The notes under the pieces: model-generated
Told to the model about the DNA's origin: nothing
The model's database searches: none
The model's input: only the letters and a program-made list of their open reading frames with translations
Part shown: piece after piece, positions 19,517-29,528 of the stretch
Layout of the letters: each line of letters opens with the position of its first letter
Position numbering within the stretch: position 1 is the first letter of the stretch
Position numbers and translations under genes: made by a program
Assembly: GCA_965247095.1 (NCBI GenBank)
Contig: OZ251997.1
Coordinates: 3,008,001 to 3,072,000, forward strand
DNA from: Candidatus Multivorans sp.
GTDB lineage: Bacteria > Acidobacteriota > Thermoanaerobaculia > Multivoradales > Multivoraceae
DNA: 64,000 nucleotides
Direction: 5' to 3'

Positions 19517-21375
19517 GGTCCGGCAGTCCGGCCGACGTGGAGAGCATGGAAGAGGATCACCTCGACCTCCGCGGGGAGGTCGGGATCGCGGACGATGACC
19601 AGGTTGCCGAGTCCACACAGCGGAGCGAGATCGACCTCGGCACGGTAGCGGGTGCAGAAGAAGGGACCGCCGGCGCCGGTCGCGACCCAGTGGAGCCAGG
19701 GTGCGCGGCCCGCGACGGCGCCGCTGTCGCGGGCGGACCACTCGCCGGTGTGATCGCCGTGTTGTAGTTCGAAGGAGTCCTCGGTCAGTTCGGCGCCGAT
19801 CCGGGCCACCGTTTGACCCGCGGCAACGCCGCCGCCGTGGGCAACCGCCGTATCGAGCACCAGGGTTCCGCAGCCCGCCGCTTCGGCTGCCCATCGCGGC
19901 TGGTCCTGAGTCAGCACCTGCCTTGGCGAGCTGAGCAGCGTCTGCCGCGGCAGGAACGCTCCCCAGGAGCCGAGCGCCGCCGCCGTCAGCACCACGGCGC
20001 CGACTGCCAGCACGATGGCCCGGGGCGCGGGCGCTCTCCGCACGAGCGCGCCGACGCCGCGCCCGATCAGGATCAGGACGATCAGTCCGAGCCAGCGATC
20101 GAATGCGGTATCGAGTCCGAGCGCGCTCAGTCGATCGTCGAGATGCGCGGCGCGGAGCCACGGATAGGTGGCCGAGAGCGTGGCGAACACGAGCAGACTG
20201 CCCTGCCAGCAGAACCCGAATACGGCTGCATCGCCGCGCAGGCCGATACCCTGCCAGGGACCGGTTGGAGGCGGATCGTCGGCGGACCCGGCGCTCGGCC
20301 GCTCGGCGCTCAGCACGGTCCACAGCGCGATGCCCGCCAGCAGGGCCTGCGGGGGAGGGAGGAAGCGCAGTCCGGCGAGCGAAAGGAGAACCGCCGCCGC
20401 CACCGTATGCAGGTTGCCCCGACCGACCAGATTGGGCGCGGCAAGGAGGACCAGGGGCAATCCGGTGAGCGCCAGGGGCCAGGGCGCCGCCGCCGCGGGC
20501 GGTAGCCCGAGGGCCAGGGCACCGGTCAGAACGAGGACGATGGCGAAGGCGAACCGGCGCCAGACGACGGCGGCCGACATGGCGGTGAGAAGAACCCCGA
20601 ACGCGGGCTCGCGGACGAGGACGAGCCCCAGGATCAGGGTCAAGGCGAGCCCCAGCGCTGCCGCCGCCACGGACCAACGCTCCTTGAGGGCCCGAGCGGC
20701 CGCGTCGGCAAGCGCCGCGGCGGCGAGCACCAGGACGACATTCGAGCGGACGCCGCCCGCGGCCAGGATCAGGGCGGCTGTTCCCGCCAGGGCCGGCGCG
20801 CCCATGCGGGCGAACAGGGCGGTCAGAAGGATCGCTGCCGCGGCGGGAATGGCGACGAGTACGACCAGCAGCCGGAGCACCCCGCCGTCGAGCAGGTCGC
20901 CCTGCCGCAGGAGCAGGTTGAGTCCGATCAGCGCCGACAGCAGGGTGCCGCCGAGGCGTATCAGGCGTGCCGGCGCCAGGGAGCCGGGCGGCGCCAGCAG
21001 ATCGGCCCGGCGGGCGAGCAGAGTGTCCACGAGAAGCGCGGCGGGACCCAGACAGAGCAGGGTGCCCACCGCCGTCGCACGGCCCGGACCGTGGGGGGGC
21101 ACGGCCGCGAACGCGACCACGGTTAGTAGCGGCAGCGCCAGTGCTGCCGGGCTCAGCGGGCGACGCGCGGCGCCCGCGGCGGCGATCAGGACCGCCATTG
21201 CGGCGAACGCGAGGTAGCGTCCTTCAGCCGCCGCCTCCGCATCGCGCTCGACCGCCGCCAGGGAGGTCATCGCCAGCCCGGCCAGAAGGGGCGGCAGGGC
21301 GGCGATCCATGGCGGAGAAGGGGACGACCCGGGACAGGCCGGCGCGGAAGCGGATTCAGTCGTCAAGGGGGCCAT
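19513..21375 (-). CDS. Polytopic membrane protein, first gene of the glycosyltransferase operon
   Basis: Many hydrophobic helices plus a C-terminal soluble domain (G..T.EW); translationally coupled to the GT2 gene. Confidence 0.65.
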   Translation of the reverse strand: MAPLTTESASAPACPGSSPSPPWIAALPPLLAGLAMTSLAAVERDAEAAAEGRYLAFAAMAVLIAAAGAARRPLSPAALALPLLTVVAFAAVPPHGPGRATAVGTLLCLGPAALLVDTLLARRADLLAPPGSLAPARLIRLGGTLLSALIGLNLLLRQGDLLDGGVLRLLVVLVAIPAAAAILLTALFARMGAPALAGTAALILAAGGVRSNVVLVLAAAALADAAARALKERWSVAAAALGLALTLILGLVLVREPAFGVLLTAMSAAVVWRRFAFAIVLVLTGALALGLPPAAAAPWPLALTGLPLVLLAAPNLVGRGNLHTVAAAVLLSLAGLRFLPPPQALLAGIALWTVLSAERPSAGSADDPPPTGPWQGIGLRGDAAVFGFCWQGSLLVFATLSATYPWLRAAHLDDRLSALGLDTAFDRWLGLIVLILIGRGVGALVRRAPAPRAIVLAVGAVVLTAAALGSWGAFLPRQTLLSSPRQVLTQDQPRWAAEAAGCGTLVLDTAVAHGGGVAAGQTVARIGAELTEDSFELQHGDHTGEWSARDSGAVAGRAPWLHWVATGAGGPFFCTRYRAEVDLAPLCGLGNLVIVRDPDLPAEVEVILFHALHVGRTAGP

Positions 21376-21415
21376 CCTTGCCGTAGCGGGCAAACGTTGG
21401 AAGACTGCCACCGCC

Positions 21416-22708
21416 ATGTTGCCCCGAGAACTCCTCAGAAGCGAACCGCAACGGGTTGCGGACGCTCTCGAAGCGCGCGGCGCCGATGCCGCGCTGGTCG
21501 ACCAATGGGTGACGTGCGACCGGCGGCGCCGTGAAGCGCTGACCGAACTCGAGGAACTCCGTCACCGTCGTCGGTTGGCTGGTCGCGAGATTGGCAAGCT
21601 CAAGGCTCAGGGCGAGGCGAAGGAAGAGGACGCCGCCAGACGCATTCTAGAGATGACGGAGCTCAAGGCCCGCATCGAGGGCCTTGAAGAGGTCGTGGCG
21701 CAGGCCGAGGAAGAGCTCGTCGAAACCGAGCTGAATGTTCCGAACATCGCTCACGAGACAGTCCCGGTCGGCGGCGACGAAACGGCGAACCGCGTCGAGC
21801 GGGTGGTCGGCGATCTGCCGGAGTTCGACTTCGAGCCGAAGGCCCACTGGGACATCGGCCCGGAGCTCGGGATCCTCGACTTCGAGCGCGGCGCCAAGCT
21901 TGCCGGTGCCCGGTTCACCACCTACTTCGGTTGGGGGGCACGGCTGGAGCGGGCGCTCGGCGCCTTCATGCTCGACCTGCACACCGAGGAGCATGGCTAC
22001 ACCGAGGTTCTGCCTCCCTACCTGGTCAAGCGCGAGTGCCTGTTCGGCAGCGGCCAACTGCCCAAGTTCGAGGAGGAAGTGTTCCAGGTCGAGCCCGATT
22101 CGCGTTACCTGATCCCGACCGGCGAGGTGCCCCTGGTCAACCTGCACGCCGACGAAGTGCTCGACGAGGAGCAGTTGCCACTGCGCTACGCCGCGCTCAC
22201 GCCCTGCTTCCGCGCCGAGGCCGGGTCGTACGGACGCGACGTGCGGGGGCTCATCCGCCAGCACCAGTTCCACAAAGTCGAGTTGGTGCAACTGACGACG
22301 CCCGAGACCAGCCACGACACGTTGGAGCAACTGACGGCCCACGCCGAACGCGTGCTGCAGCGACTGGAGTTGCCCTACCGGGTGGTGTCTCTCTGCACCG
22401 GCGACCTGGGCTTCGCCATGGCCAAGACATACGACCTCGAGGTGTGGGTTCCCGGCCAGCAGACCTACCGGGAGATCTCCTCCTGCAGCAACGCCGAGGC
22501 GTTCCAGGCGCGGCGCGTCCGTACTCGCTTCCGGCCGCGGGAGGGCGGCTCGCTACGCTATGTCCACACCTTGAACGGTTCGGGACTCGCAGTCGGGCGG
22601 ACCCTGATTGCCGTGCTGGAGAACTGCCAGACGGCGTCGGGTTCGATACGCATTCCGGCGGCGCTCCAGCCGTATGTCGGCGGGGTCGAGGAGATTCCGG
22701 CAGCCTAG
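21416..22708 (+). CDS. serS: Serine-tRNA ligase
   Basis: N-terminal coiled coil, [50 protein letters not shown]. Confidence 0.97.
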   Translation: MLPRELLRSEPQRVADALEARGADAALVDQWVTCDRRRREALTELEELRHRRRLAGREIGKLKAQGEAKEEDAARRILEMTELKARIEGLEEVVAQAEEELVETELNVPNIAHETVPVGGDETANRVERVVGDLPEFDFEPKAHWDIGPELGILDFERGAKLAGARFTTYFGWGARLERALGAFMLDLHTEEHGYTEVLPPYLVKRECLFGSGQLPKFEEEVFQVEPDSRYLIPTGEVPLVNLHADEVLDEEQLPLRYAALTPCFRAEAGSYGRDVRGLIRQHQFHKVELVQLTTPETSHDTLEQLTAHAERVLQRLELPYRVVSLCTGDLGFAMAKTYDLEVWVPGQQTYREISSCSNAEAFQARRVRTRFRPREGGSLRYVHTLNGSGLAVGRTLIAVLENCQTASGSIRIPAALQPYVGGVEEIPAA

Positions 22709-22729
22709 TTTGGAGAGTTTTGCCGCCTC

Positions 22730-22819
22730 GGAGGGGTGGCTGAGTGGTCGAAAGCACCGGTCTTGAAAACCGGCGTGGGTCAACGCCCACCGTGGGTTCG
22801 AATCCCACCCCCTCCGCCA
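22730..22819 (+). tRNA. tRNA-Ser(TGA)
   Basis: GGAGGGG/CCCCTCC acceptor, CCGGT-CTTGAAA-ACCGG anticodon arm, long variable arm, GTTCGAATC, GCCA end. Confidence 0.96.
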
Positions 22820-22868
22820 CACCTTGGCCCGGTGACCGGCGGTCACCGGTCTCGCCGGCCTCGCCTGC

Positions 22869-24302
22869 ATGCTGGCGCCCGCCGCGCCGGCCCTCGCCCA
22901 GACTTCGGTGAGCTCCGATTGGGTGCTCATTCCCGAAGGCGTTGAGCCCGGCGACCCGTTCCGGCTGCTGTTCCTCTCCTCCACCACGCGCGACGGCTCG
23001 TCCACCAACATCGCGGACTACAACACCTTCATCCAGGGCCTCGCCGCGGCCGGCCACGCCGACATCCAGTCCTACAGCACGGGCTTCAGGGCGGTTGGCT
23101 GCACTGAAGACGTCGACGCACACGTCAACACCTCCAGCACCTCCAGCACCGGCAACACGGGCGTCCCCATCTACTGGCTGGGCGGCGCCAAGGCCGCCGA
23201 CGACTACGAGGATTTCTACGACGGGTCCTGGGACGATCAGGCCAACGACAAGAACGAGTCCGGCGCCGACGCGCACGATACCTCCCAGAGCGGCAATTAC
23301 CCCCTCACCGGCTGCGCCAACGACGGCACCGAGGCGTTCGGGACCGGTGGAACTGCTTCGCGCGCGCTCGGCGCGACACAAGGGGTGCGCGTCGGCCGTC
23401 CCAACTCCTCCGGGAACGGCCACGGCCCCCTCAGCAGCTTCACCAACGCGTCAACAAGCTCCGACACCCGCCCCATGTACGGACTCTCGGAGGTCTTCCA
23501 GGTGGACGCCGCCGTGGTCATCAACAACCCGCCGGCGTTCTCCGCCGCAACCGCGGCCCGCAGCGTGGCCGAGAACACGGCCGCGGGCCAGGACGTCGGC
23601 GCCGTCCTCACCGCCACGGACGCCGACGGCGACACGCCGACCTACACCCTCGATGGCAGTGACGCGGCCTCCTTCGACATCGTCACGACCTCCGCCGCCG
23701 CCCAGATCCGCACCAGGACGGGCGTGACCTACAACCACGAAGCCAGGTCCACCTATACCGTCATGGTCAAGGCCGACGACGGCAAGGGCGGTGCCGACAC
23801 CGTCACGGTGACGATCACGGTCACGGACGTGGACGAGCCCCCGGGCCGCCCGGCGGCGCCCTCGGTGTCGGGGACGGCCGGATCGACCACCAGCCTGGAC
23901 GTGACCTGGACCGCGCCGACGAACACCGGCCCCGCCATCGCCTCCTACGACCTGCAATACCGCGAGGGCACCAGCGGGAACTTCACCGACGGCCCGCAGG
24001 CCGTGATCGGCGCCAGCGCCGCCATCGGGAGCCTGATGCCGAGCACGTCGCATCAGGTACAGGTGCGCGCCACCAACGCCGAGGGCGAACCCGAACCCGA
24101 ACCCGAACCCGAACCGGAGCCGTCAGGACCGCCGGAGGCCGCCGTCACGGTCGACGCGGAGTGCCAGGACGGCCTGTGCCGGGCCATGACCGGCGTCGCC
24201 GTGTCGTTCACGGATGCGAGCACCGGCGAGGTCCGGTCCCGGACCTGGGACTTCGGCGACGGCACGGTGTGGGAAGTTGTCGTGAAGGCGGGGGATCACT
24301 GA
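22869..24302 (+). CDS. Secreted adhesin-like mosaic (lectin-like N domain, cadherin, fibronectin III, EP linker, truncated PKD); probably a truncated remnant
   Basis: ALA-Q signal cleavage site; FRLLFLSSTTRD.SSTNIADYN.F domain; cadherin motifs (NNPP.F, V.EN, ATD.DGD, VTDVDEPP); Fn3 (V.W.AP, Y.LQYR, VQVRATNAEG); (EP)6; FTD.STG....WDFGDG then early stop. Confidence 0.7.
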   Translation: MLAPAAPALAQTSVSSDWVLIPEGVEPGDPFRLLFLSSTTRDGSSTNIADYNTFIQGLAAAGHADIQSYSTGFRAVGCTEDVDAHVNTSSTSSTGNTGVPIYWLGGAKAADDYEDFYDGSWDDQANDKNESGADAHDTSQSGNYPLTGCANDGTEAFGTGGTASRALGATQGVRVGRPNSSGNGHGPLSSFTNASTSSDTRPMYGLSEVFQVDAAVVINNPPAFSAATAARSVAENTAAGQDVGAVLTATDADGDTPTYTLDGSDAASFDIVTTSAAAQIRTRTGVTYNHEARSTYTVMVKADDGKGGADTVTVTITVTDVDEPPGRPAAPSVSGTAGSTTSLDVTWTAPTNTGPAIASYDLQYREGTSGNFTDGPQAVIGASAAIGSLMPSTSHQVQVRATNAEGEPEPEPEPEPEPSGPPEAAVTVDAECQDGLCRAMTGVAVSFTDASTGEVRSRTWDFGDGTVWEVVVKAGDH

Positions 24303-24386
24303 CACCGCGAGGAACTCCGCCGATCAGGACAGCCCCTCCACCGTTTCTCTCTCGGGTAGCGCTACGCTTGCGGAGAAAGGGTAGTC

Positions 24387-25298
24387 GTGAACAGAAGACC
24401 GTCCGATGCATGGCCGGCCGAGATCCGCGCGGAACTGGCCAACCTGGAGGAGATCGCCCTGGCGACCAAGCCGTCGTCCGGGGATCTTCCGAACCTGCGC
24501 GGTGTGGACATCAGCGGCGTGTCCATGCCGCTGCGGCAGGCGATCGGCGGCGACCACCTGATCTACCTCGACTTCAAGCAGCGGTACGACCTGGACCGTC
24601 GCATCCGTGAGGCGGAGGCGGCCGGCAACGCGCGGGTCGTGGCGGGCCTGCGCCAGTCGCAGCAGCGCGCCGGGGTCCTGGTGGCCGATGTGTCGGGCCA
24701 CAAGGCGACGGACGCCCTGGTGGCGGCGATGCTGCACCAAGCGTTCCTGCTCGGGGCGTACTACGAGCTCGACCTGTTCGGCGAGATCACGACACGGCTC
24801 TTCGAGCACATCAACCAGCGCTTCTACAAGTCGACCACGTTGAACAAGTACCTCACCATGCTCTACGGCGAGGTTTCCGAGCAGGGCAAGTTCCGTTTCT
24901 TCTCGGCCGGCCACCCTGCGCCCCTGCTCTTCGTCGGCCGCCCGGGCCGCATCGAGCACCTCCCCGAAGACCAACTTGTACGGTTCCCGCCGGTCGGGAT
25001 GTTCGCGTCGAACGCCTACATGGACGAGTTCGTCGACCCGGGACCCCTTGGCTACAAGCGCCCCTATGAAGTCAGCGAACTCGACCTGCTCGAGGCCGGC
25101 GATCTCCTCCTGCTCTACACGGACGGCTTTACCGAGCATGGCGGCGATCGCTACCTCGCTGAGCGGGCGGAGGGGGTTCTGGAGACGGTCCGCAGCCGGA
25201 GCGCGAGCGAGATCTGCGAGCGCCTCAAGGAGGACCTGCTCGCCTTCGCGCCGGCCGAGGACGACATCAGCTTGGTGGTGATCAAGAAGACGGAGTAG
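24387..25298 (+). CDS. Stand-alone PP2C/SpoIIE-family protein phosphatase
   Basis: [34 protein letters not shown]. Confidence 0.88.
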   Translation: MNRRPSDAWPAEIRAELANLEEIALATKPSSGDLPNLRGVDISGVSMPLRQAIGGDHLIYLDFKQRYDLDRRIREAEAAGNARVVAGLRQSQQRAGVLVADVSGHKATDALVAAMLHQAFLLGAYYELDLFGEITTRLFEHINQRFYKSTTLNKYLTMLYGEVSEQGKFRFFSAGHPAPLLFVGRPGRIEHLPEDQLVRFPPVGMFASNAYMDEFVDPGPLGYKRPYEVSELDLLEAGDLLLLYTDGFTEHGGDRYLAERAEGVLETVRSRSASEICERLKEDLLAFAPAEDDISLVVIKKTE

Positions 25299-25302
25299 CG
25301 AG

Positions 25303-25341
25303 CCGAGCCACCAGACCGAGCCACCAGACCGAGCCACCAGA
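25303..25341. repeat. 13-bp tandem repeat (CCGAGCCACCAGA)x3
   Basis: Three exact copies at 25303, 25316 and 25329, directly after the phosphatase stop codon. Confidence 0.9.
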
Positions 25342-25477
25342 CTGGGTGCGCCGGCGTGCCATCCGGCATCCGGTAAGCTGCCGCCGCTTCGCCGGGTGGG
25401 CGCAGCGGTTCGGCGGGGAGACGGCAACAGACGACAAATCGAGACGCCGGCCGCGGCCGGCTGCGGGAGACGGCACC

Positions 25478-27049
25478 ATGAGTGGGATCGAGATCACGGG
25501 AGCGCGCGACTTCGAAGCGGCGGAGCACATCCTGACCCCGGAGGCGCTCGAGTTCGCGGGCGATCTTTGCCGGCAATTCGAGCAGCGCCGGCTGCAGTTG
25601 CTCCAGGATCGGGTCGACCGCCACGCGCGGAGCCAGGCTGGTTACGACCCCACGTTCCCGGCCGAGACCCAGGAGATCCGTGACGCGGACTGGAAGGTGG
25701 CGCCCACGCCGGCGGATCTGAACTGCCGCTGGGCCGAGATCACCGGTCCGGTCGACCGCAAGATGATGATCAACGCGCTGAACTCGGACGCCAAGGTCTT
25801 CATGGCGGATCTTGAGGACGCCCTGAGTCCGAGTTGGCGCAATGTGATCGAGGGTCAGCAGAACCTGTACGACGCGGTGCGCAGGCAGTTGGAGTTCACG
25901 AACCCGGGGAACGGCAAGGAGTACCGGTTGGGGGACGAGATCGCCACCCTCCTGGTGCGTCCTCGCGGCTGGCACCTGATCGAGAAGAACGCCCTGATCT
26001 CAGGCAATCCCGTCTCGGCCGGCATCTTCGACTTCGGCCTCTACTTTTTTCACAACGCCAGGGCAGCGCTCAGCCGCGGCAGCGGTCCGTACTTCTACCT
26101 GCCGAAGCTGGAGAGCAGGCACGAGGCGCGGCTCTGGAACGACATCTTCGTCGCCGCCCAGGACGCGCTCGGGGTGCCCCAGGGCAGCGTCCGCGCCACG
26201 GTGTTGATCGAGACCATCCTCGCCGCCTTCGAGATGGAGGAGATCCTCTACGAGCTGCGCGACCACTCGGCGGGGCTCAACGCGGGGCGCTGGGACTACA
26301 TCTTCAGCGCGATCAAGAAGTTCGCGTTCAGGGAAGACATGGTGCTGCCCGATCGCGGCCAGATCACGATGACGGTGCCTTTCATGCGCTCCTACACGGA
26401 GCTCCTGGTGCGCACCTGCCACAGCCGCGGCGCGCACGCGATCGGCGGCATGGCGGCCTTCATTCCCAGCCGGCGGGACGCTGAGGTCAACGCGACGGCG
26501 CTGGCGGCGGTCCGCGCCGACAAGGAGCGCGAGGCCGGCGACGGCTTCGACGGAAGCTGGGTCGCCCACCCGGACCTGGTGCCGATCGCCCTGGAGGTGT
26601 TCGGCACGAAGATGGAAGGCCGTCCGAACCAGAAGGAACGGCTGCGCGAGGACGTGTCGGTGGAACCCGGCAGCCTGATCGATCTGAACGTGCCCGGAGG
26701 CACGCTGACCGAGCAGGGATTGCGCAACAACGTCTCGGTTGGGCTCCAGTACATGAACTCCTGGCTCAACGGCAACGGCGCGGCGGCGATCAACAACCTG
26801 ATGGAAGACGCGGCGACCGCGGAGATCGCCCGCGCCCAGCTCTGGCAGTGGGTCCACCGCAACGCCCAGATGGACAACGGTGCGAAGGTCACGGCGGAGC
26901 TCTACGAACAGGTGCGCGACGAAGAGCTGAGCCAGCTCGGGGGCCGCTCCGCGAGTCGCTACGGTCTCGCGGCTGACCTGCTGGACGACCTGGTGCTCGG
27001 CTCCGAGTTCCAGGAGTTCCTGACGCTCCAGGCCTACCAGCACATCTGA
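25478..27049 (+). CDS. aceB: Malate synthase A
   Basis: [68 protein letters not shown]. Confidence 0.96.
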   Translation: MSGIEITGARDFEAAEHILTPEALEFAGDLCRQFEQRRLQLLQDRVDRHARSQAGYDPTFPAETQEIRDADWKVAPTPADLNCRWAEITGPVDRKMMINALNSDAKVFMADLEDALSPSWRNVIEGQQNLYDAVRRQLEFTNPGNGKEYRLGDEIATLLVRPRGWHLIEKNALISGNPVSAGIFDFGLYFFHNARAALSRGSGPYFYLPKLESRHEARLWNDIFVAAQDALGVPQGSVRATVLIETILAAFEMEEILYELRDHSAGLNAGRWDYIFSAIKKFAFREDMVLPDRGQITMTVPFMRSYTELLVRTCHSRGAHAIGGMAAFIPSRRDAEVNATALAAVRADKEREAGDGFDGSWVAHPDLVPIALEVFGTKMEGRPNQKERLREDVSVEPGSLIDLNVPGGTLTEQGLRNNVSVGLQYMNSWLNGNGAAAINNLMEDAATAEIARAQLWQWVHRNAQMDNGAKVTAELYEQVRDEELSQLGGRSASRYGLAADLLDDLVLGSEFQEFLTLQAYQHI

Positions 27050-27096
27050 TTCGGGCCCGCATCCGGTTTCAACCCGCTGCGCTACGCTCGCGGCCG

Positions 27097-28383
27097 ATGC
27101 AGCATGCGATCGAGCTGGACGCGCTGCGGAGCGAGGTCGGCGACTCGGCCACCGCGATGGCGAACGCGGTTTCGGCCTGCGTCCACTGCGGCTTCTGCCT
27201 GCCGACGTGCCCGACCTACGTCGAGCTGGGCGAGGAGATGGACTCGCCGCGCGGCCGCATCGTGCTGATGAAGGAGGTGCTCGAGGGCGGCCTTGACCTG
27301 GAGGAGGCGCTGACCCACATCGACCCCTGCCTGGGTTGCATGGCGTGCGTGACGGCCTGCCCGTCCGGCGTCGAGTACGGCGAACTGCTGATGCCGTTCC
27401 GGGAACTGGCGGAGGCCGGCCGGCGGCGCTCCCGGTTCGACCGCTGGTGGCGCGGCCTGATGCTGGACACGCTGACTCGCCCCGCACGCCTGCGGTGGAT
27501 GCTGCGGCTGGGGCGCCTGGCGGCGCCGTTCCGCGCGCTGCTGCCGGCGCGGCTCGCCGCACCGCTCGATCTGCTGCCCAGGACCGCGGACCGCGCGGAA
27601 GTCGGCTTCGGCGTGTTCCCCGCCGCCTCCGAGCGGCGGGCCCGGGTGGCGCTCCTCGCCGGTTGCGCGCAGCAGGTGCTGGCGCCACGCATTCACCGCG
27701 CGACGATCGAAGTGCTGACCCGCCGGGGAGTCGAAGTTGTCGTCCCGAAGGAAGAGGCGTGCTGCGGTTCGCTGGCTTTTCACGCCGGTGACGCCCCGCG
27801 CGCCCGCGCCGCCGCCGGTTCCCTGTTGGGCGTACTCGGGCCTGATGGTCTGCTGTCGGAAGTCGACGCGGTGCTCACCAACGCCGCCGGCTGCGGTTCG
27901 GGCCTCAAGGAGTACGGCCTGCTGTTCGCGGGGCGGCCCGAGGAGGCTGCGGCCCGCGCTCTGGCCGCCAAGGTGCGGGACGTTTCGACGTTCCTGGCGG
28001 CGCTCGAGACCGATGCGCCGCCGCCGCTGCCGCAGCCGTTGCGCGTCGCCTACCACGACGCCTGCCACCTGGCCCACGCCCAGTCGGAGCGGACGGGGCC
28101 CCGGCAGTTGCTGGCCCGGGTGCCGGGCGTGACCCTGGTGGAACCGCGCGACTGGCAGATCTGCTGCGGTTCGGCCGGCATCTACAACCTGGAAGAGCCC
28201 GAGCTCGCGGCCCGTCTGGGGCGCAAGAAGGCGGAGGCTCTACTGGAGGGCGAACCGGACGTGATCGCCACCGGCAACATCGGCTGCCTGACCCAGATCG
28301 AGAGCCACGTGCACCGTTTGGGCGCCCGGATTCCCGTGCGGCACACGATGGAGATCCTGGCCTCTGCGTACGGCGCCGACTGA
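27097..28383 (+). CDS. glcF: Glycolate oxidase iron-sulfur subunit GlcF-like (2x[4Fe-4S] + CCG domains)
   Basis: CVHCGFCLPTCPTY...DSPRGRI, CLGCMACVTACPSGV.YG, CCG, NAAGCG, YHDACHL.HAQ, CCGSAG.YN, N.GC..QI. Confidence 0.88.
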   Translation: MQHAIELDALRSEVGDSATAMANAVSACVHCGFCLPTCPTYVELGEEMDSPRGRIVLMKEVLEGGLDLEEALTHIDPCLGCMACVTACPSGVEYGELLMPFRELAEAGRRRSRFDRWWRGLMLDTLTRPARLRWMLRLGRLAAPFRALLPARLAAPLDLLPRTADRAEVGFGVFPAASERRARVALLAGCAQQVLAPRIHRATIEVLTRRGVEVVVPKEEACCGSLAFHAGDAPRARAAAGSLLGVLGPDGLLSEVDAVLTNAAGCGSGLKEYGLLFAGRPEEAAARALAAKVRDVSTFLAALETDAPPPLPQPLRVAYHDACHLAHAQSERTGPRQLLARVPGVTLVEPRDWQICCGSAGIYNLEEPELAARLGRKKAEALLEGEPDVIATGNIGCLTQIESHVHRLGARIPVRHTMEILASAYGAD

Positions 28384-28490
28384 GGATTTCCGCAGGTCGG
28401 ATTCGGATACAGACAGGGTTGTCAGGGTCGGTTATCCTGCCCGCGCCCGTTGACCGCTTCTTCTTCCACACTCACTACTTTCGGACTTGG

Positions 28491-29528
28491 ATGACGACAC
28501 CCACTCGCATTGGAATCATGGGCTTCGGCCTTCTCGGTCGAAGCCTGTTCCGCCTCTCTCTTGACCGGCCCGAAATCGAGGTCGCCGCGGTGGCCGATAC
28601 CGCGGATCCCGAGATGCTGCGCTACCTACTGCGCTTCTCGACCCTGCCGTGGCCGCTCGACGCTGATGTCGCGCTCGAGAACGGCAGCCTGTGCGTCGAC
28701 GGCTCCTGCGCCAGCGTGGTGCGCGCCGGCAGCGCCGGCGAGGCGCCCTGGGGCGACCTCGGGGTCACGACCGTGGTCGACTTCCGGGACACGCAGCCGA
28801 CGCGGCCAGAACTCGAGGGGCACCTTACGGCCGGCGCCGAGCGCGTGGTGCTCTGCGCGCCCCCGGGCGGGGAGCTGGACCGGACGGTCGTGGTCGGGCT
28901 GAACGAGGACCGGATCGAGCCTTCCGATCGGATCGTGTCCGCCGGCTCGTTCACCGCGCACTGCGCCGGGCCGCTGCTGCGTATCCTCGACGGGGCCTTC
29001 GGCGTCGAGCAGGCGTTCATCAGTTCCGTGCGTGCCTACGGCGCCGGTTCGCGGCTCGCAGACGTGCCGGCGCCCGAGTTCCGGTCCGGCCGGGCGGCGG
29101 GCGAGAACATCATCCCCTCGGTGACGGAAGCCGCGTCGGAACTCGAGACCGTGCTGCCCGAGCTCGGCGGCAAGCTCTCGGCTTCGGCGATGAACGTGCC
29201 GGTCGCGAACGGCTCCGTGGTCGACCTGGTGTGCTGGCACCGCGACGCGGTGAGCGTTGCCGCGGTCAACGAGGCGGTGGCCGCCGCTGCCGACGGCGAA
29301 TGGAGCGGCAGGCTGCGCTTCGAGCGCGAGGCGATCGTCTCGGCCGACACCGCAGGCAGCCGGGCAACCTGCATCTTCGATTCGCAGGGAACGATGACCC
29401 TGGGCGATCACGTGTCGAAGACGATCGCCTGGTTCGACAACGGCTGGGGCTACCTGCACCGGCTCTTGGAACTCGTCGCCGCGCTCGACGCTGCGCCGGC
29501 TGCGGGCGCTGAAGGGGGCGCCTCATGA
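28491..29528 (+). CDS. GAPDH paralog lacking the catalytic Cys and His (putative pseudoenzyme)
   Basis: GIMGFGLLGR, PW..LGV, ENIIP, PV.NGS.VDL, WFDN.WGY conserved; the active-site motif reads SAGSFTAHC and SSVRAY instead of SNASCTTNC and TTIHAY. Confidence 0.85.
   Translation: MTTPTRIGIMGFGLLGRSLFRLSLDRPEIEVAAVADTADPEMLRYLLRFSTLPWPLDADVALENGSLCVDGSCASVVRAGSAGEAPWGDLGVTTVVDFRDTQPTRPELEGHLTAGAERVVLCAPPGGELDRTVVVGLNEDRIEPSDRIVSAGSFTAHCAGPLLRILDGAFGVEQAFISSVRAYGAGSRLADVPAPEFRSGRAAGENIIPSVTEAASELETVLPELGGKLSASAMNVPVANGSVVDLVCWHRDAVSVAAVNEAVAAAADGEWSGRLRFEREAIVSADTAGSRATCIFDSQGTMTLGDHVSKTIAWFDNGWGYLHRLLELVAALDAAPAAGAEGGAS

Noticed and set aside
22730-22819. tRNA with 'TGA' as a possible tRNA-Sec for the selenoprotein
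   Set aside because: Anticodon TGA reads UCA (Ser); tRNA-Sec has anticodon TCA and an 8-bp acceptor stem, whereas this one has 7 bp.
22800-24390. Integrative element at tRNA-Ser with attR duplication
   Set aside because: No integrase, and only a 7-bp CCCCTCC resemblance near 24333, too short to call an att site.
25303-25341. Possible CRISPR array
   Set aside because: The 13-bp units are contiguous with no spacers and no cas genes; no repeat-spacer array was seen anywhere in the window.
28491-29528. Erythrose-4-phosphate dehydrogenase (epd)
   Set aside because: Epd retains the catalytic Cys and His; this copy has lost both.
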